DNA of 64,000 nucleotides from Mobula hypostoma (lineage: Eukaryota), in NCBI RefSeq assembly GCF_963921235.1, contig NC_086108.1, forward strand, positions 84,198,001 through 84,262,000, written 5' to 3'. How positions within the stretch are numbered: position 1 is the first letter of the stretch; each line of letters starts with the position of its first letter. This document shows positions 1 through 12,464 of this stretch, in pieces. The position numbers were made by a program, and so were the translations under genes. The notes under the pieces are model-generated. The model was given only the letters and a program-made list of their open reading frames with translations, did not search any database and was not told the origin of the DNA.

Positions 1-378
1 TACAAACTCTTCTCCCTCCTGCCATCTGGCAAAAGGCACGGAAGTATTCAGGCTCTCACGACCAGACTATGTAACAGTTTCTTCCCACAAGCCATCAGAC
101 TCCTCAATGCCCAGAGCCTGGACTGACACCAACCTACTGCCCTCTACTACGCATATTGTCTTGTTTATTATTTATTGTAATGCCTGCACTGTTTTATGCA
201 CTTTATGCAGTCCTGGGTAGGTTTGTAGTCTCGTGTAGTTTTTATGTTGTTTTACATAGTTCAGTGTAGTTTTTGTATTGTTCATGTAGCACCATGGTCC
301 TGAAAAACATTTCGTTTTTACTGTGTGCTGTACCAGCAGTTATGGTCGAAATGACAATAAAAAGTGACTTGACTTGAT
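1..378 (+). mobile_element. Rex1/Babar-type LINE 3' end
   Basis: Reads LFSLLPSGKRHGSIQALTTRLCNSFFPQAIRLLN (typical C-terminus). T-rich 3'UTR, AATAAA and a GACTT repeat tail. Confidence 0.75.
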
Positions 379-949
379 ACCTTGGATTAAAAACCTGCTA
401 GCCTCTGCCAGAAAGCTTAACCAGGGGAGCAAGTTCATCTTTCAGCAGGACATCAACCCAAAGCATACTGCCAGAACAACCATGGAGTGGCTTCAAATGA
501 AGAAAATTGATGTCCTTGAGAGGCCCAGTCAGAATCCTGACCTTAACCTGATCGAACATCTCTGGCAAGACCTCAAGATCACTACTCGTCAACAAATCTG
601 GCACAGATTGAGCAATTCTGCAAGATGGCAAATCTTGCTCCATCACAGTATACAAAGCTAATAGAGACTTATCCAAAATGACTACTAACTGTAAGAGCTG
701 TGAGAGGTGGTTCAACCAAGTACTGAGCAAAGGGGGATGATTACTTTTGAACTGCTGACATTTCAGTTTTTGAATTTTTAGCTTCTCATGATTTTCAATT
801 TTCTCTATTTTGAGCTCTTCTGTGAAAAAAGGAGCACAAGTAAATTCACAAATAAAAATTCTCAGTTAAATTGATCAAGATCCCTAGTTGTAACACTCAT
901 TTATGTGAACGAAGTGTTGGAGGAATTAATACTTTAACAAGGCACTGTA
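379..949 (+). mobile_element. Tc1-like transposon, 3' half (decayed)
   Basis: FIFQQDINPKHTARTTMEWL...PSQNPDLNLIEHLW matches the Tc1 DD34E motifs. Ends ...aaggcactg followed by TA (TIR end and target dinucleotide) at 943-949. Confidence 0.85.
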
Positions 950-1323
950 AATATTTATTGCCACATTGGAGAATTTCGAAGATAATGGGGAATGAACTTA
1001 ATACATCTAGGGAACAATATCCAATGTTTAATGACAAACCACCTCTCTCAAATTGATGCCAGGCTGACAATGCCTTATTTCTTTAACAGGGCAACTGTTC
1101 AATATACATGGATTTTGAGCAGACTTGTCGATTTGAGAGGAAAAAAATCCATGCGTTGAGATTAAACTGACAGCATACAGGATTAAAGTCCCAGCGGCTT
1201 GCAATCAGCAACAATTTTACAAAATATATAAAGCTGTGTGAATTTTAATACCCTAAGCCTGAACACAATTTTCACAATTTCTCCTTTCCTTCCTATGTCT
1301 TTGTAACATTGCAGTGTACTTAC

Positions 1324-1387
1324 CTATCCAGATATGAAGTCAAAGTGTACTGTTTTGTAACCCCCAGTATTTTCTGTATAACTGCTT
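1324..1387 (-). CDS. ST3GAL3: ST3GAL3 next internal coding exon (64 nt)
   Basis: Acceptor ttgtttcttgcag|AA GCA, donor GAT AG|gtaagt. Spliced to the 95-nt exon it reads (E)AVIQKILGVTKQYTLTSYLD(R/S), matching recalled ST3GAL3 DNLIKAILSVTKEYRLTPALDS just before sialylmotif L. The other two frames contain stops. Confidence 0.92.
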
Positions 1388-2123
1388 CTGCAAGAAACAA
1401 AAATAACAAAAAGAACACTTAGAATCAAGAACACTACAGCACAGAAAACAGGCCATTCGGCCCTTCTAGTCTGTGCCAAAAATAATCAAATAAGAAATAA
1501 AAAATATGGTCCACTGCTATTGCTTTCTTCTCACTGCTGCATATCTTTTCATTTTAGCTTAAACATCAAAAGCTGGTGAATCATATTTCACACTTCATTC
1601 ACTGTAAAGTACAAGAAATTTTCTGCAATGCATTAATGATTAGACAACACTGCTGTGTCTTTGATAAAAATATATAAGTCAATGTTGTACACAAGTCTAA
1701 AATAACGAATGCATAAAACCAGAATTTGATTGAAGTACTCAGCAACTCAGGTCACATCTGTGGAAGAGAAACACAGAGTCAATATTTCAGTTTAAAGACC
1801 TTATCAGAAAGAGTTGGCTTTAGAGATGTGGATACAATCTTCCAAAGTTCCATCACACCTGGAGTTGTTCCTGTGGATGGGTTATTCCTCCAATATTTGA
1901 CTGTCGTTTTCAGAAGGCAAATTACTGCAGCTGGTGTTCAGTTATATTCTGAGAAACTTCTATCACTGGATTGAGAATGACTTGCTTCCATTCCAGTTCT
2001 CTGTGTTCTGCGAAATGCAGACTAATCCACAAATGAAGCAAAAGATGAATGGATAGACTGGAGGTGGTGTGCTCTTCTGCCATTTTTCAGTGTTCCCAAT
2101 GTATGGCCTCAAGCTTTTCAAAA

Positions 2124-2680
2124 TAATTCCACATCCCATTCCCATTCTGATATGTCTATCCACGGCTTCCTCTACTGTAAAGATGAAGCCACACTCACGC
2201 TGGAGGAAAAACACCTTGTATTCCGTCTGGGTAGCCTCCAACCTGATGGCATGAACATTGACTTCTCTTAACTTCCGCTAATGCCTCACCTCCCCCTCGT
2301 ACCCCATCCGTTAGTTATTTATATACACACATTCTTTCTCTCTCTCTCCTTTTTCTCCCTCTGTCCCTCTGACTATACCCCTTGCCCATCCTCTGGGTTT
2401 TCCCCCCTCCCTCTTTTCCTTCTTCCTGTCTCATGATCCTCTCATATCCCTTTTGCCAATCACTTGTCCAGCTCTTGGCTCCATCCCTCCCCCTCCTGTC
2501 TTCTCCTAGCATTTCAGATCTCCCCCTCCCCCTCCCCCTCCCACTTTCAAATCTCTTACTAGCTCTTCCTTCAGTTAGTCCTGACAAAGGCTCTCGGCCC
2601 AAAACGTCGACTGTACCTCTTCCTAGAGATGCTGCCTGGCCTGCTGCGTTCACCAGCAACTTTGATGTGTGTTGCTTGAA
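2124..2680 (+). mobile_element. Penelope-like element 3' end with decayed hammerhead motif
   Basis: C-terminal peptide HSHSDMSIHG...EEKHLVFRLGSLQPDGMNIDFS, pyrimidine-rich UTR, and the conserved tail. The motif at 2577-2612 reads CTGACAA...AAAACGTC. Confidence 0.85.
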
Positions 2681-3099
2681 TACTCCTTCTCCACTTTAAG
2701 TGGTCACGAGCCAGAGATTTTGCGAAGTCAGTGGGGATGGATGTTGCATTTCTTCAAAGAAGCTTTAAGTACATCTTTTGTGGGGTTTTTTTCCCCTCTA
2801 TCTACCTGATGATTTTTGCCCACACCAGAGCTAGGAATAGGGTGCCTTTTTTAAATCTGGTGTCAAGTATGCAAGTGATGCAACCTGCCCATATCCAGGG
2901 CCTCAGTACTGATGTTGGACCGGGATAGGATGCTGCAGTATCAACCATAATATTGCATTAGGATCAATATCTTTTAAGTTAATATGTTAATGAAGTTAAT
3001 ATGTTTGAAGCATTCAGCCGTAAAGGTATTACACTTGACTGAGGTGTAAAATAAAGCAATGCAAGTATCCGAGTAAGGGTATTTCCAATAGTACACTAA

Positions 3100-3505
3100 A
3101 GTCATAGTCATAGTCATAGTCATACTTTATTGATCCAGGGGGAAATTGGTTTTCGTTACAGTTGCACCATAAATAATAAATAGCAATAGAACCATAAATA
3201 GTTAAATAGTAATATGTAAACTATGCCAGGAAATAAGTCCAGGACCAGCCTATTGGCTCAGGGTGTCTGACCCTCCAAGGGAGGAGTTGTAAAGTTTGAT
3301 GGCCACAGGCAGGAATGACTTCCTATGATGCTCTGTGTTGCATCTCGGTGGAATGAGTCTCTGGCTGAACGTACTCCTGTGCCCACCCAGTACATTATGT
3401 AGTGCATGGGAGATATTGACCAAGATGGCATGAAACTTAGGCAGCATCCTCTTTTCAGACACCACCGTCAGAGAGTCCAGTTCCAACCCCACAACATCAC
3501 TGGCC
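3100..3505 (-). mobile_element. Rex1/Babar-type LINE 3' end
   Basis: ORF ...STFSQRLIPPRCNTEHHRKSFLPVAIKLYNSS with a (TATGAC)n tail at ~3100-3125. Confidence 0.75.
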
Positions 3506-3850
3506 TAAACCCAAGTGTACTCAAACTTCGACAGAAAAAACATTTATTTTTATGATAAGCAGAATAAATATAACTTAGTAATGGGAACATATTTAATCTT
3601 GTGAATTTTTGTCAATTAAACCCACAAGCCACCTCAATCACTCAGTAAAATTTTCGGCACAATTCCTCAGGGATCATGCAGCCGAAATGTTCCTCAGGTT
3701 TTACGATTCTATTTTTATTACTTCCTGTGCTCTGCACTGTGTTTTATTTATGAATTAGTTGCCATGCAGGAGGTCACTCACATATGGTTTCTCCTACACT
3801 CCTGTGCCCATAGCAACGTCATCAAGTGCCATCCCTGTTCTGAGTTTGCT

Positions 3851-4095
3851 ATGTCATGGCGCCACCGAGCGTCCAGCGGTATAACCGGACAGGCAGGCTG
3901 GGCTCATCAGCCTTGGTTGGCAGCCGGCCTAGGACAACTGGCAGTTTGTCTAGGAGAAGGAAAGCTCCGATATTCAACCTACAGCCCTGCAGAGCCGCCA
4001 CAGTCATGGCAGCTCGCTATGCCATTGTGGAACATCCCCTGGCCTAAAGAGTGGAATCAGTCTGCCCGCACCGATCCTCACTATAAAGCTACACA
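3851..4095 (+). mobile_element. RTE-clade 5'UTR-derived fragment
   Basis: GGGCTCATCAGCCTTGGTTGGCAGCC...CTAGGAGAAGGAAAGCTC motif, shared with the 5' end of the element at 16393-16770. Confidence 0.5.
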
Positions 4096-6054
4096 AAGTC
4101 CTACATTGATGAAGCTCCCTCCCAATCTTCGCAAGCGAAGAACCAGTCATCAACAGTTACATCACTTGTGCTTCTGAAGTTAAACAAGGTGAAAAAATTA
4201 GACTTGTAATCAACGCTTCTGGTTTTATATACTTCATATAACAAGGATCATTAACTTCTGCCTCCATAATATTGTTTATCTCAATCTATCTACACCTGAA
4301 ACATTCATTGTGCTATTATACAGACCCCAATATTTGTCCAAGATTCTATGTTCTGTTCCATTCTTTATAAAATATGGTTGATTCACTGCTCATATTGTAT
4401 TTCTTCACTGATGCCTCTGAGCTGTATTGGGTTTTGAATTTCTCCACCACCTTCCCCACCCCCCACCAAAGATGATGCCTGAGGGGCATTAGAGAGAGAA
4501 AGTGACCCAAATTTATTAGCACCAGGGTACACAGCTCAGTTTTGCATCAGTAATACATTCATTTGATTTATTGTGTTAAGGTGCAAAGGAACTTAAAGTA
4601 AACTGAGATTTTCAGACCCCCAAGGCTCATTCAAGTGTCACATCAGGCCCTAAATAATTTATGACGTGCTTTAATTGTAGAAATGATGAGAGAAAGTCTT
4701 GACTTTTTCTATCAGCTATTGAAGCTGGAAGGTAGCATTTCTGATGCTGGATTAACACATTAAAGTCCATTCTTCTTTTCAAGAAGGTAATTCAGTAGAA
4801 CTACAGAGGGGTAGATGTATGTTACTTTGTTTGATATGGGCTTTAAAATTAAATGTTAATTCTGTTTCTCTTTCCACAGATAATGCCTGGCGTTTCTATC
4901 ATTTTCTGTCTTTATTTCAATCAACAAATTATGCAACTGTAATAATTTTAGACTTGACCCGCAACACTGACCTGAATAATTTTATGGTAAAGTGAACATA
5001 ACTAAAAATAATAAAAGCAGCAAATTTAAGATTTCATAAGGCTGGAATTTTTTTCTGGACTCTCCTCAGTAAATCACCTAATTTTTCTCTATTTCCTTTC
5101 TGAATTGCGAAAAATATGGTTTCATATCATTAACTATCTTCCAGAATCAGATCTGCACAGCTATTATGTAAGTATTAGCAATGAGTATTAGTACACTTCT
5201 AGATTGCAGTAGGCATTGCAGAATTCCCCAGGTCAAGAATGACCCAATTTATGAGAATCCGATTATGCTAATTTTCTCACACATTTTTAAAGCACTTTTC
5301 AAGCTACTAATAATATACTTCATGGGATTCATAAACGACTGGATGCAGTATATATTTTATTAGTTTACTTCTGAGTTGACAGTGATTATTCAATGAAATG
5401 CAAATATAACAAATATATGTAGATCAATATGATAGAGATTACTATAGAAATCAGATATTTCTTACCTATGTTGAAATCATCTTATGAACCGATCTCAGGA
5501 ACAGGCCATTTGTAACCCAGGAACTGCTTGTACAATTAAAACAGTCCATTTTCCTCACTTTCCTATAGTGCACTCCCTCGTTAATACAAACATTATCATC
5601 GAACTTTACTATTCCAATGGATCAAACCTGGGATCTTTTTCTCCTCCATATCTCAGTTGAATTACCATCTTAAAATGAAGAATGAATTTTAACATATTAA
5701 TCAAGAAACGAAATGTTAATTTCCAGTTTCAATTGGTGGCAGAAAAAGTTAAGACTTTTACTTAGCATTTCTACAATTAAACTGCATGATAAATTATTAG
5801 CTGAGGCCTGATTTGACACTTGAATGACCCACCTGGGGGACTGAAAATCTCATTTTACTTTGAGCTCCTTGGCATGTTAACACAATAGATCTGTTTCAGT
5901 GAGACCTGAAGCACTTCTGGTTTAAGATATTGCGGGTGAAGCACAGCGATGACCTGCTGGCAGCAAACACAACTATTAACTACCTTACACGAGGAAATCT
6001 GCAGATGCTGGAATTTCAAGCAACACACATAAAAGTTGCTGGTGAACACAGCAG

Positions 6055-6090
6055 AGTCCTGACGAAGGGTCTCGGCCCGAAACGTCGACT
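6055..6090 (+). ncRNA. Minimal type I hammerhead ribozyme motif, intact core
   Basis: Helix I AGTC/GACT; core CTGACGA plus an extra A; helix II GGGT-CTCG-GCCC; GAAA; CG palindrome in place of helix III; predicted GUC cleavage after 6086. This matches the hammerheads described for Penelope-like elements. Confidence 0.8.
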
Positions 6091-6092
6091 GC

Positions 6093-6128
6093 AGTCCTGA
6101 CAAAGGGTCTCAGCCCGAAACGTCGACT
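6093..6128 (+). ncRNA. Second tandem hammerhead motif (core G8 to A)
   Basis: AGTC-CTGACAA-AGGGTCTCAGCCC-GAAA-CGTC-GACT, starting 38 nt after the start of the first copy. Confidence 0.7.
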
Positions 6129-6299
6129 TACCTCTTCCTAGAGATGCTGCCTGGCCTGCTGCGTTCACCAGCAACTTTTAGGTGTGTTGCTATTAACTAT
6201 CTTATTACTCACACTTTTTCTCAAAAAAGATCAATAGTGTGTAACTTCCCTTTTAGAGCTGAGCTTCTGAACCGCCTGCTTGACTTGGCATTTTTATAG

Positions 6300-6961
6300 T
6301 GTGAACTGAAGTCTCAAAGGTGCAGAATGGTTGCGGTGTGGCATACACAGGCTGAGTTGAGGTGGCAGGACCCAGGCCTGGGCCCTAGAGCAGGGAACGA
6401 GCCAATGTTTGGCTGCTGGAGTGGACGAGGGAAGTATTTCTGAGGTGAAGCAGAGTTGAGGTGGCGGGACCCGGGTCTGAGAGTGAGGAAGCTAATATCT
6501 GACCAATTCAAGTGCCAGGCCAAATTGGAAATGTTGGGTACGGGCCAATTCAAGCCAGCAGAGCCTAGACCTGACAGTGTATCGAATCAGCAGGGCTCAG
6601 GACTTAAGAGGGAGAAATGGCCCGAGGTTTGGCCAGTTTAAGTTCCGGGCTAGTTTGAAAAGGTCACAGTGACGGGGCTGGAGACAAGGTGTTCAGCTCG
6701 TGGCTTGAAGCGGTTTACTCATCCCTGCATTGAACTGAGGCTGTGGCCTGCAACTATCAGGCTCCCGGATCAGCTGTAGTGTGACTGGCTTGCGGCTGTG
6801 GCCCAACTTTCATGAACCTCACTTACTTATGTTATTTGTTTATTTTTATTGTTTGCACTTTTTGTTTTTTCCCTGCACATTGGATCCTTAACAGTCTTCT
6901 TTTTTAATAGGTTCTATTGGGTTTCTTTGTTATTTGTTTCTTAGTATGCACTTTGAACTTA
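6300..6961 (+). mobile_element. Non-coding LINE-like element with TTGAAC tail
   Basis: GC-rich, internally repetitive body and T-rich 3' part ending ctttgaactt, like 20327-21248 and 33958-34792. Confidence 0.4.
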
Positions 6962-7131
6962 AAGTAAATAATGTATCACTGATGCTAAACCACTTGTTTT
7001 GTATTGTTGCTAAATATGGGTTGCCTTTTCTTTCTGAGTCCTACACTAAGGAATGACTATTTGGTGGTTTGGGGATGGGAAAGACCCAAAAGCTGACACA
7101 GCTCACTGAAACACTGATAAGCAAGCACAAT

Positions 7132-8485
7132 ACATAGAACATAAAACACAGAAATCTACAGCACATTACAGCCCCTTTGGCCCACAATGTTGTGCCGACC
7201 ATGTAACCTACTCTAAAAACTGCCTAGAATTTCCCTACCGCATAGCCCTCTATTTTTCTAAGCTCCATGTACCTATCTAAGCTTCTCTTAAAAGACCCTA
7301 TTGTATCCACCTCCACTACTGTCACTGGCAGTGCATTCCACACACCCACCACTCTCTGTGTGAAACACTTAATTCTAACGTCCCCACTGTACCTTCTTCC
7401 AAGCACCTTAAAACTATGCTCCCTCATGATAGCCATTTCTGCCCTGGGAAAAAGCCTCTGGCTATCTACATGACCAATGCCTCTCATCATCTTATACACC
7501 CCTATCAGGACACCTCTCATCCTCCGTCACTCCAAAGAGAAAAGGCCAAGTTCACTCAACCTATTCTCATAAGGGACGCTCTCCAATCTAGGCAACATCC
7601 CTGCAAATCTCCTCTGCATTATTTCTACAGTATCCACATCCTTCCTGTAGTGAGGTGACCAGAGCTGACCAAGGTTTTATATAGCTGTAACATTACCTCA
7701 TGGCTCTTGAACTCAATCCCAAGATTGATGAATGCCAAAACACCATATGCCTTCTTAACAACACTGTCAACTTGCGCAGCAGCTTCGAGTGTGCTATGGA
7801 CACGGACCCCAAGACCTCTCTGATCTTGTACACATTACCAAGAATCTTAGCTTTTATACTATATTCTGTCTTCAAATTTGACCTACCAAAATGAACCACT
7901 TCACATTTATCTGGGTTGAACTCCATCTGCCACTTCTCAGCCCAGTTCTGCATCCTATCGATTTCCCGCTGTAACCTCTGACAGCCCTCTAGACTATCCA
8001 CAACACCCCCACCTTTTGTGTCATCAGCAAACTTATTAATCCACCCTTCTACTTCTTCAGCCAGGCCACTTATTAAAACCACAAAGAGGAGGGGTTCCAG
8101 AACAGACCCCCGCAGAAACCACTGGGCACTGTCCTCCATGCAGAATATGAACTATTTACAACCACCTTTTGCCTTCTGTGGGCAAACCAATTCTGGATCC
8201 ACAAAGCAAGGTCTCCTCGGATCCCATGCCTCCTTACTTTCTCAATGCGCCTTGCATGGGAAACCTTTTCAAATGCCTTACTGAAATCCGTATATACTAC
8301 ATCCACTGCTCTACCTTCATTAATGTGTTTTGTTACATCCTCAAAGAATTCATTCAGGCTGGTAACAGATGACCTGCCCTTGACAAAGCCATGCTAGCTA
8401 TATCTAATCAGATTATGTCTCTACAAATGCTCATAAATCCTGCCTCTCAGGATCTTCTTCAACAACGTGCCGACCACTGAAGTAC
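7132..8485 (-). mobile_element. CR1 LINE, 5'-truncated (RT and 3' end)
   Basis: DVVYTDFSKAFEKV, KFADDTK, WAEKWQMEFNPDKCEVVHFG and FTQRVVGVWNALP motifs, with frameshifts. Confidence 0.92.
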
Positions 8486-8551
8486 GAGCAACAGATGGCT
8501 GCAATACACACAAGATGGAGTTGTATGAGGACAGCTGGAAAAATATTGGAG

Positions 8552-9490
8552 TCATAGATTCATAGAAAAGTTCGGCACAGAAACAGGCCCTTTGGCCCAT
8601 CTAGTTCATGTTGAGACCATGTAAACCACCTACTCCCATTAACCTGCACAGAGAATAATACCCTCCATACCCCTACCATCCATGTACCTATCTAAACTTC
8701 ACAGACATTGAAATGAATTCACATGCACCACATGTGCTGGCATCTTGTTCCATATTCTCACCACTCTCTGAGTGAAGAAGCTCCCCCTTATGTTCCCCTT
8801 AAACTTTTCACCTTTCACTCTAATCCATGACCTCTGGTTATAGTCCCACCCAACCTCAGTGGAAAAAGCCTGTTGGCATTTACCCTATCTATACCCCTCA
8901 TGATTTTGTATACCTCCATCAAATCTCTTCTCAACCTTCTACATTCCAAGGAATAAAGTCTTAACCTATTCAATCTTTCCTTATACTTCAAGTCCTCCAG
9001 ACCTGGCAATGTTCTTATAAATTTTCTCTGTACTCTGTCAATCTTATTTACATCTTTCCTGTAGATAGGTGGCCAAAACTGTACACGCTACTCTAGATTT
9101 GTCCTCGCCAACTTCTTATACAAATTCAACATACCATCCCATCTCCTGTACTGAATATTTTGATTTATGAAGGCCAATGTACCAAAAGGTTTCTTTACCA
9201 CCCTATCTACCTGTGAGGCCGCTTTCAAGGAATTATGGACCTGTATTCCCAGAACCTTTTTTCTACTGCGCTCCTCCAATCCCTACATTTCACTGTGTAA
9301 GACCTAACCTGGTTGGTCTTACTAAAGTGCAATACTTGCACTTGTCTGCATTAAATTCCAACTACCATTTTTCCAGTTGATGCAGATCCCTCTGCAAGCC
9401 ATGACCGCCACCCCACTACCCACTGCACCCCCAATCTTGGTGTCATCCACAAATTTGCTGATCCAGTTAACCATACCATCATCCAGTTCA
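8552..9490 (-). mobile_element. CR1 LINE 3' fragment
   Basis: MPGLEDLKYKERLNRLRLYSLECRRLRRDLMEVYKIMRG and GIQVHNSLK motifs. Confidence 0.88.
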
Positions 9491-9530
9491 GGTTTAGATG
9501 GACTGGACTAAGCGGCGATATTTTGGAGAT

Positions 9531-9830
9531 AGGGATAGCATGGTAATGTAGCAGCTAACATAATGTCTTACAGCACCAACTGTAAGACTGGGGTTCAACT
9601 CCAGCAGCTGCCTGTAAACAGTTTCCATCTTCTCCCTGTGACCATGTGGGCTTCTCCCGGGTGCTCTGATTTCCTCCCATTTTCCAGCGATGTATAAGTT
9701 ACGGTTAGTAAGTTGTGGGTATGCTATGTAGGCACCAGAGACATGGTGATGCATGTGGGCTGCCCCCAGCATGTCTTGGACAATGTTGGTAGTTGACACA
9801 TAACAACACATTTCACTGTACGTTTCGATA
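9531..9830 (+). mobile_element. tRNA-derived V-SINE (HE1-like)
   Basis: B-box-like GGTTCAACTCC followed by the V-domain CTCCCTGTGACCATGTGGGCTTCTCCCGGGTGCTCTGATTTCCTCCCA. Confidence 0.7.
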
Positions 9831-9832
9831 TG

Positions 9833-10381
9833 CACTTAGTGGTCATTTTATTGCTACACTTTACCTAATGAAGTGGCCGCAGGAATGGAGGCCAGTGGTG
9901 GTCTTCTACTGCTGTAGCCCATCTACTTCAAGGTTTGACGTGCTGTGCATTCAGAGATGCTCTTCTGCACACCACGGCTATAATGCATGGTTATTTGAGT
10001 TACAGTTACCTTTCCGTCAGCTTCAGCCAGTCTGGCCATTCTCCCCTGACCCCTCTCATCAACAAGCATTTTCATCCACAGCACTGCCACACACTGGATG
10101 TTGTTTTGCGCAGCATTCTCTGTAAACACTAGAGACTGTATATTTGAAAATCCCAGGAGATCAACAGTTTCAGAGACACTCAAACCACTCTGTCTGGCAC
10201 CAATAATCATTCCATGGTCAAGTCACTTAGATCACATTTCTTTCCCATTCTCAATAACTGAACAACTTCACTATATTTGCATGTTTTTATGCATTGATTT
10301 GCTGTCACATGATTGACTGATCAGGTATTTGGAATAACAAGCAGGTATAAGGTATACCTAATAAAGTGGCCACTGAGTGTA
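9833..10381 (-). mobile_element. Internally deleted Tc1-like element with both TIRs
   Basis: TIRs cacttagtggtcattttattg...cac and gtatacctaataaagtggccactgagtg plus TA. N-terminal HTH remnant MIIGARQSGLSVSETVDLLGFS. Confidence 0.8.
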
Positions 10382-12365
10382 TGAGATTGCAGAGTTCAGA
10401 ACCACAAGAAGAGAAGACACCACAATCATTGCTATCTACTTTTGAACTCGTTTTAGACCATTTTAGACCTCACCAGTGGTGGAATCTGGATTGAAAGGTT
10501 CAAACAGGGATTTTTGAGTGAACTAAATCTGAGTAGGAACTGATTCAAGGCTGGCAGAGGGGAGGTTGAGATTTGGGAATAACAGCTGAGGCTTACTAGA
10601 AAGATACAGATGAAGCTGAGGACTGGTCTCGCCATCTTGCAGCCAAGAATTTCCAAATGTGCCTCACGTTTGTTGTAAGACAGATAGATGGAGTAGAGGA
10701 GACAGACAAAGAAATAAAGAATACAATATTAATTGGTTCCTTTGCATTTGTAATTTTATAAGATCTATACCTCTTAACAAAAAACTTCACTATCTAATTC
10801 TGCTTGGGCACTGTGTGCTGAACCTCATTTTACAGTTTAAGCAAGAATAGATTTTGACAACAAACATCATTATGATACTGCCATTATTTTTCTGTTTCAA
10901 AGCTATTCGTGATACAATATAAGTTTATTTTGACTGATATTTATCAAGAAGCAACTTCAAGATAGACTGCCTTGACTGCCTTTGTGCTTCCTCCGCATTT
11001 TCCCCCCCATCAAAAAAAGGATTTTATAATTTTATCCACCTCCCCTTTTTGCTAAATAGGCCCGCATAACGATATGTAACCTCACAAAACCTACTTATCT
11101 GATAAGCTAACAGTCATAAAAGATTATAATAATGCAGTGCTGTTTGCACAATTGAGTTGCATTTTAGACATACTTGCTTCAAATGCACTGCAGATTCCTC
11201 ACTGTTTCTGACCCCTGAAACAGTAGGGTATTAGATTCTGTCAACGGATCCACTCAAGATTTAACTGTTTGTCTTCACTTAGACATAAAGAAAACATGAC
11301 AAAAACAGCTGAAAGGTAGTCATCAAATGCTCAGCTCTTTACATTCCACAATCATGGAAGGAATCAATTATGAAAAATTATTTTATATTGTTTGCACCTT
11401 TTGAACTGGAAAGAAAAGCAATGATTATGAAGAAAACTAAGAGTAAATAAAACCAATGGCTGCCAGCATTCATGAAAGCAAATAAATGACATAATGGAAG
11501 TAATTTTAACCTATTCCATCAGTCAGGAAAGTATACCAGATCAAGTGGAAAAATTCACTTAATTTTATTTTTCACTGACATCAACAAATGGGCAAGATAT
11601 ATAGTAAAGCTACACTTGACTCTGCTATTTTCCAATTGAGACCTAATGTTGAAATTCCCCCAGGAAAAGTGAATTGCCTTACGAACCTAAGCACTGAAGT
11701 GTAATGCATATTTTGCACTGGGTGTTATAGTCATAGGGAAATACAGGTAATAAGTCAAAAGAAAATGACTTAATGGTTAGTAGAAAGCTATTGAATCCAG
11801 CAACACTTTAGGTGACACCAGAAAATGAACCTTAATGTAGATGCATTGTTTTTACCAAATTGCTTGAGAAATGAATTCCAAGGAATGAAACAACCTGGCC
11901 TAGAGGTGTAACTATCTCTACCCAAGACGTTTGGACATAAGCATCCATAACCAAGTGCAAGCAGCAATCTTTCCTGGTACTCCTCACATGAACTGAAAAG
12001 CTTGTGTGACATCGGCAAGCATAACTCATAACCACAAATGTATGACAAGTTAGAGGGTTCTCCATATGCAGCTGAAACATCTAGGCAATGACCTGGACCC
12101 TGAGCTCTTATTTTGGTGAGGACTTAGTAGATAATCTTGATCATAGTATTCATCTGTAATATTTCTGCATCCAGATGCTTCGCAAACTAAGTTTCCAGAT
12201 AAAAATTACATTTGCTACAAGGGGAACAACCTAAATCAGAACTGACTTTGCCTTTCAAAATATACCAGTTTTGCGTTTTAGTTAGCACTACTGCAGTTTC
12301 TGTTGTAACCTTTTGTGGTAGCATGTTCAGGGCACTTAAGGTAATCAAGATGATCATACATCTCC

Positions 12366-12435
12366 CCTTCTCAAATCAACTAGAAAGGGGCAATAAATGG
12401 CCTTCTCAAATCAACTAGAAAGGGGCAATAAATGG
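12366..12435 (+). repeat. Perfect 35-bp tandem duplication
   Basis: ccttctcaaatcaactagaaaggggcaataaatgg occurs twice, within an old LINE/SINE tail. Confidence 0.9.
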
Positions 12436-12464
12436 CATGCCAGTATTGATCACATTATCAGAAC

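Larger units (their letters stand above)
5988..6189 (+). mobile_element. Short non-autonomous Penelope-derived fold-back element with two hammerhead motifs
   Basis: Flanked by ctattaacta(c/t)ctta at 5973-5987 and 6190-6204. Inverted arms at 6020-6054 and 6156-6190. Sequence matches the Penelope tails elsewhere in the window. Confidence 0.85.

Noticed and set aside
2315..2699. ORF-track proteins such as MLVNAAGQAAS... and the Pro/Leu-rich ORFs (also 33139-33594 and 35812-36135)
   Set aside because: Translations of the non-coding Penelope 3'UTR and tail, not genes.
5466..5562. Minus-strand segment ending in a good donor (TAG|gtaag)
   Set aside because: Stops in all three frames, and the flanking true exons already splice in frame.
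6055..6128. CRISPR-like repeat
   Set aside because: Only two adjacent units with no spacers, in eukaryotic DNA; explained as Penelope hammerheads.
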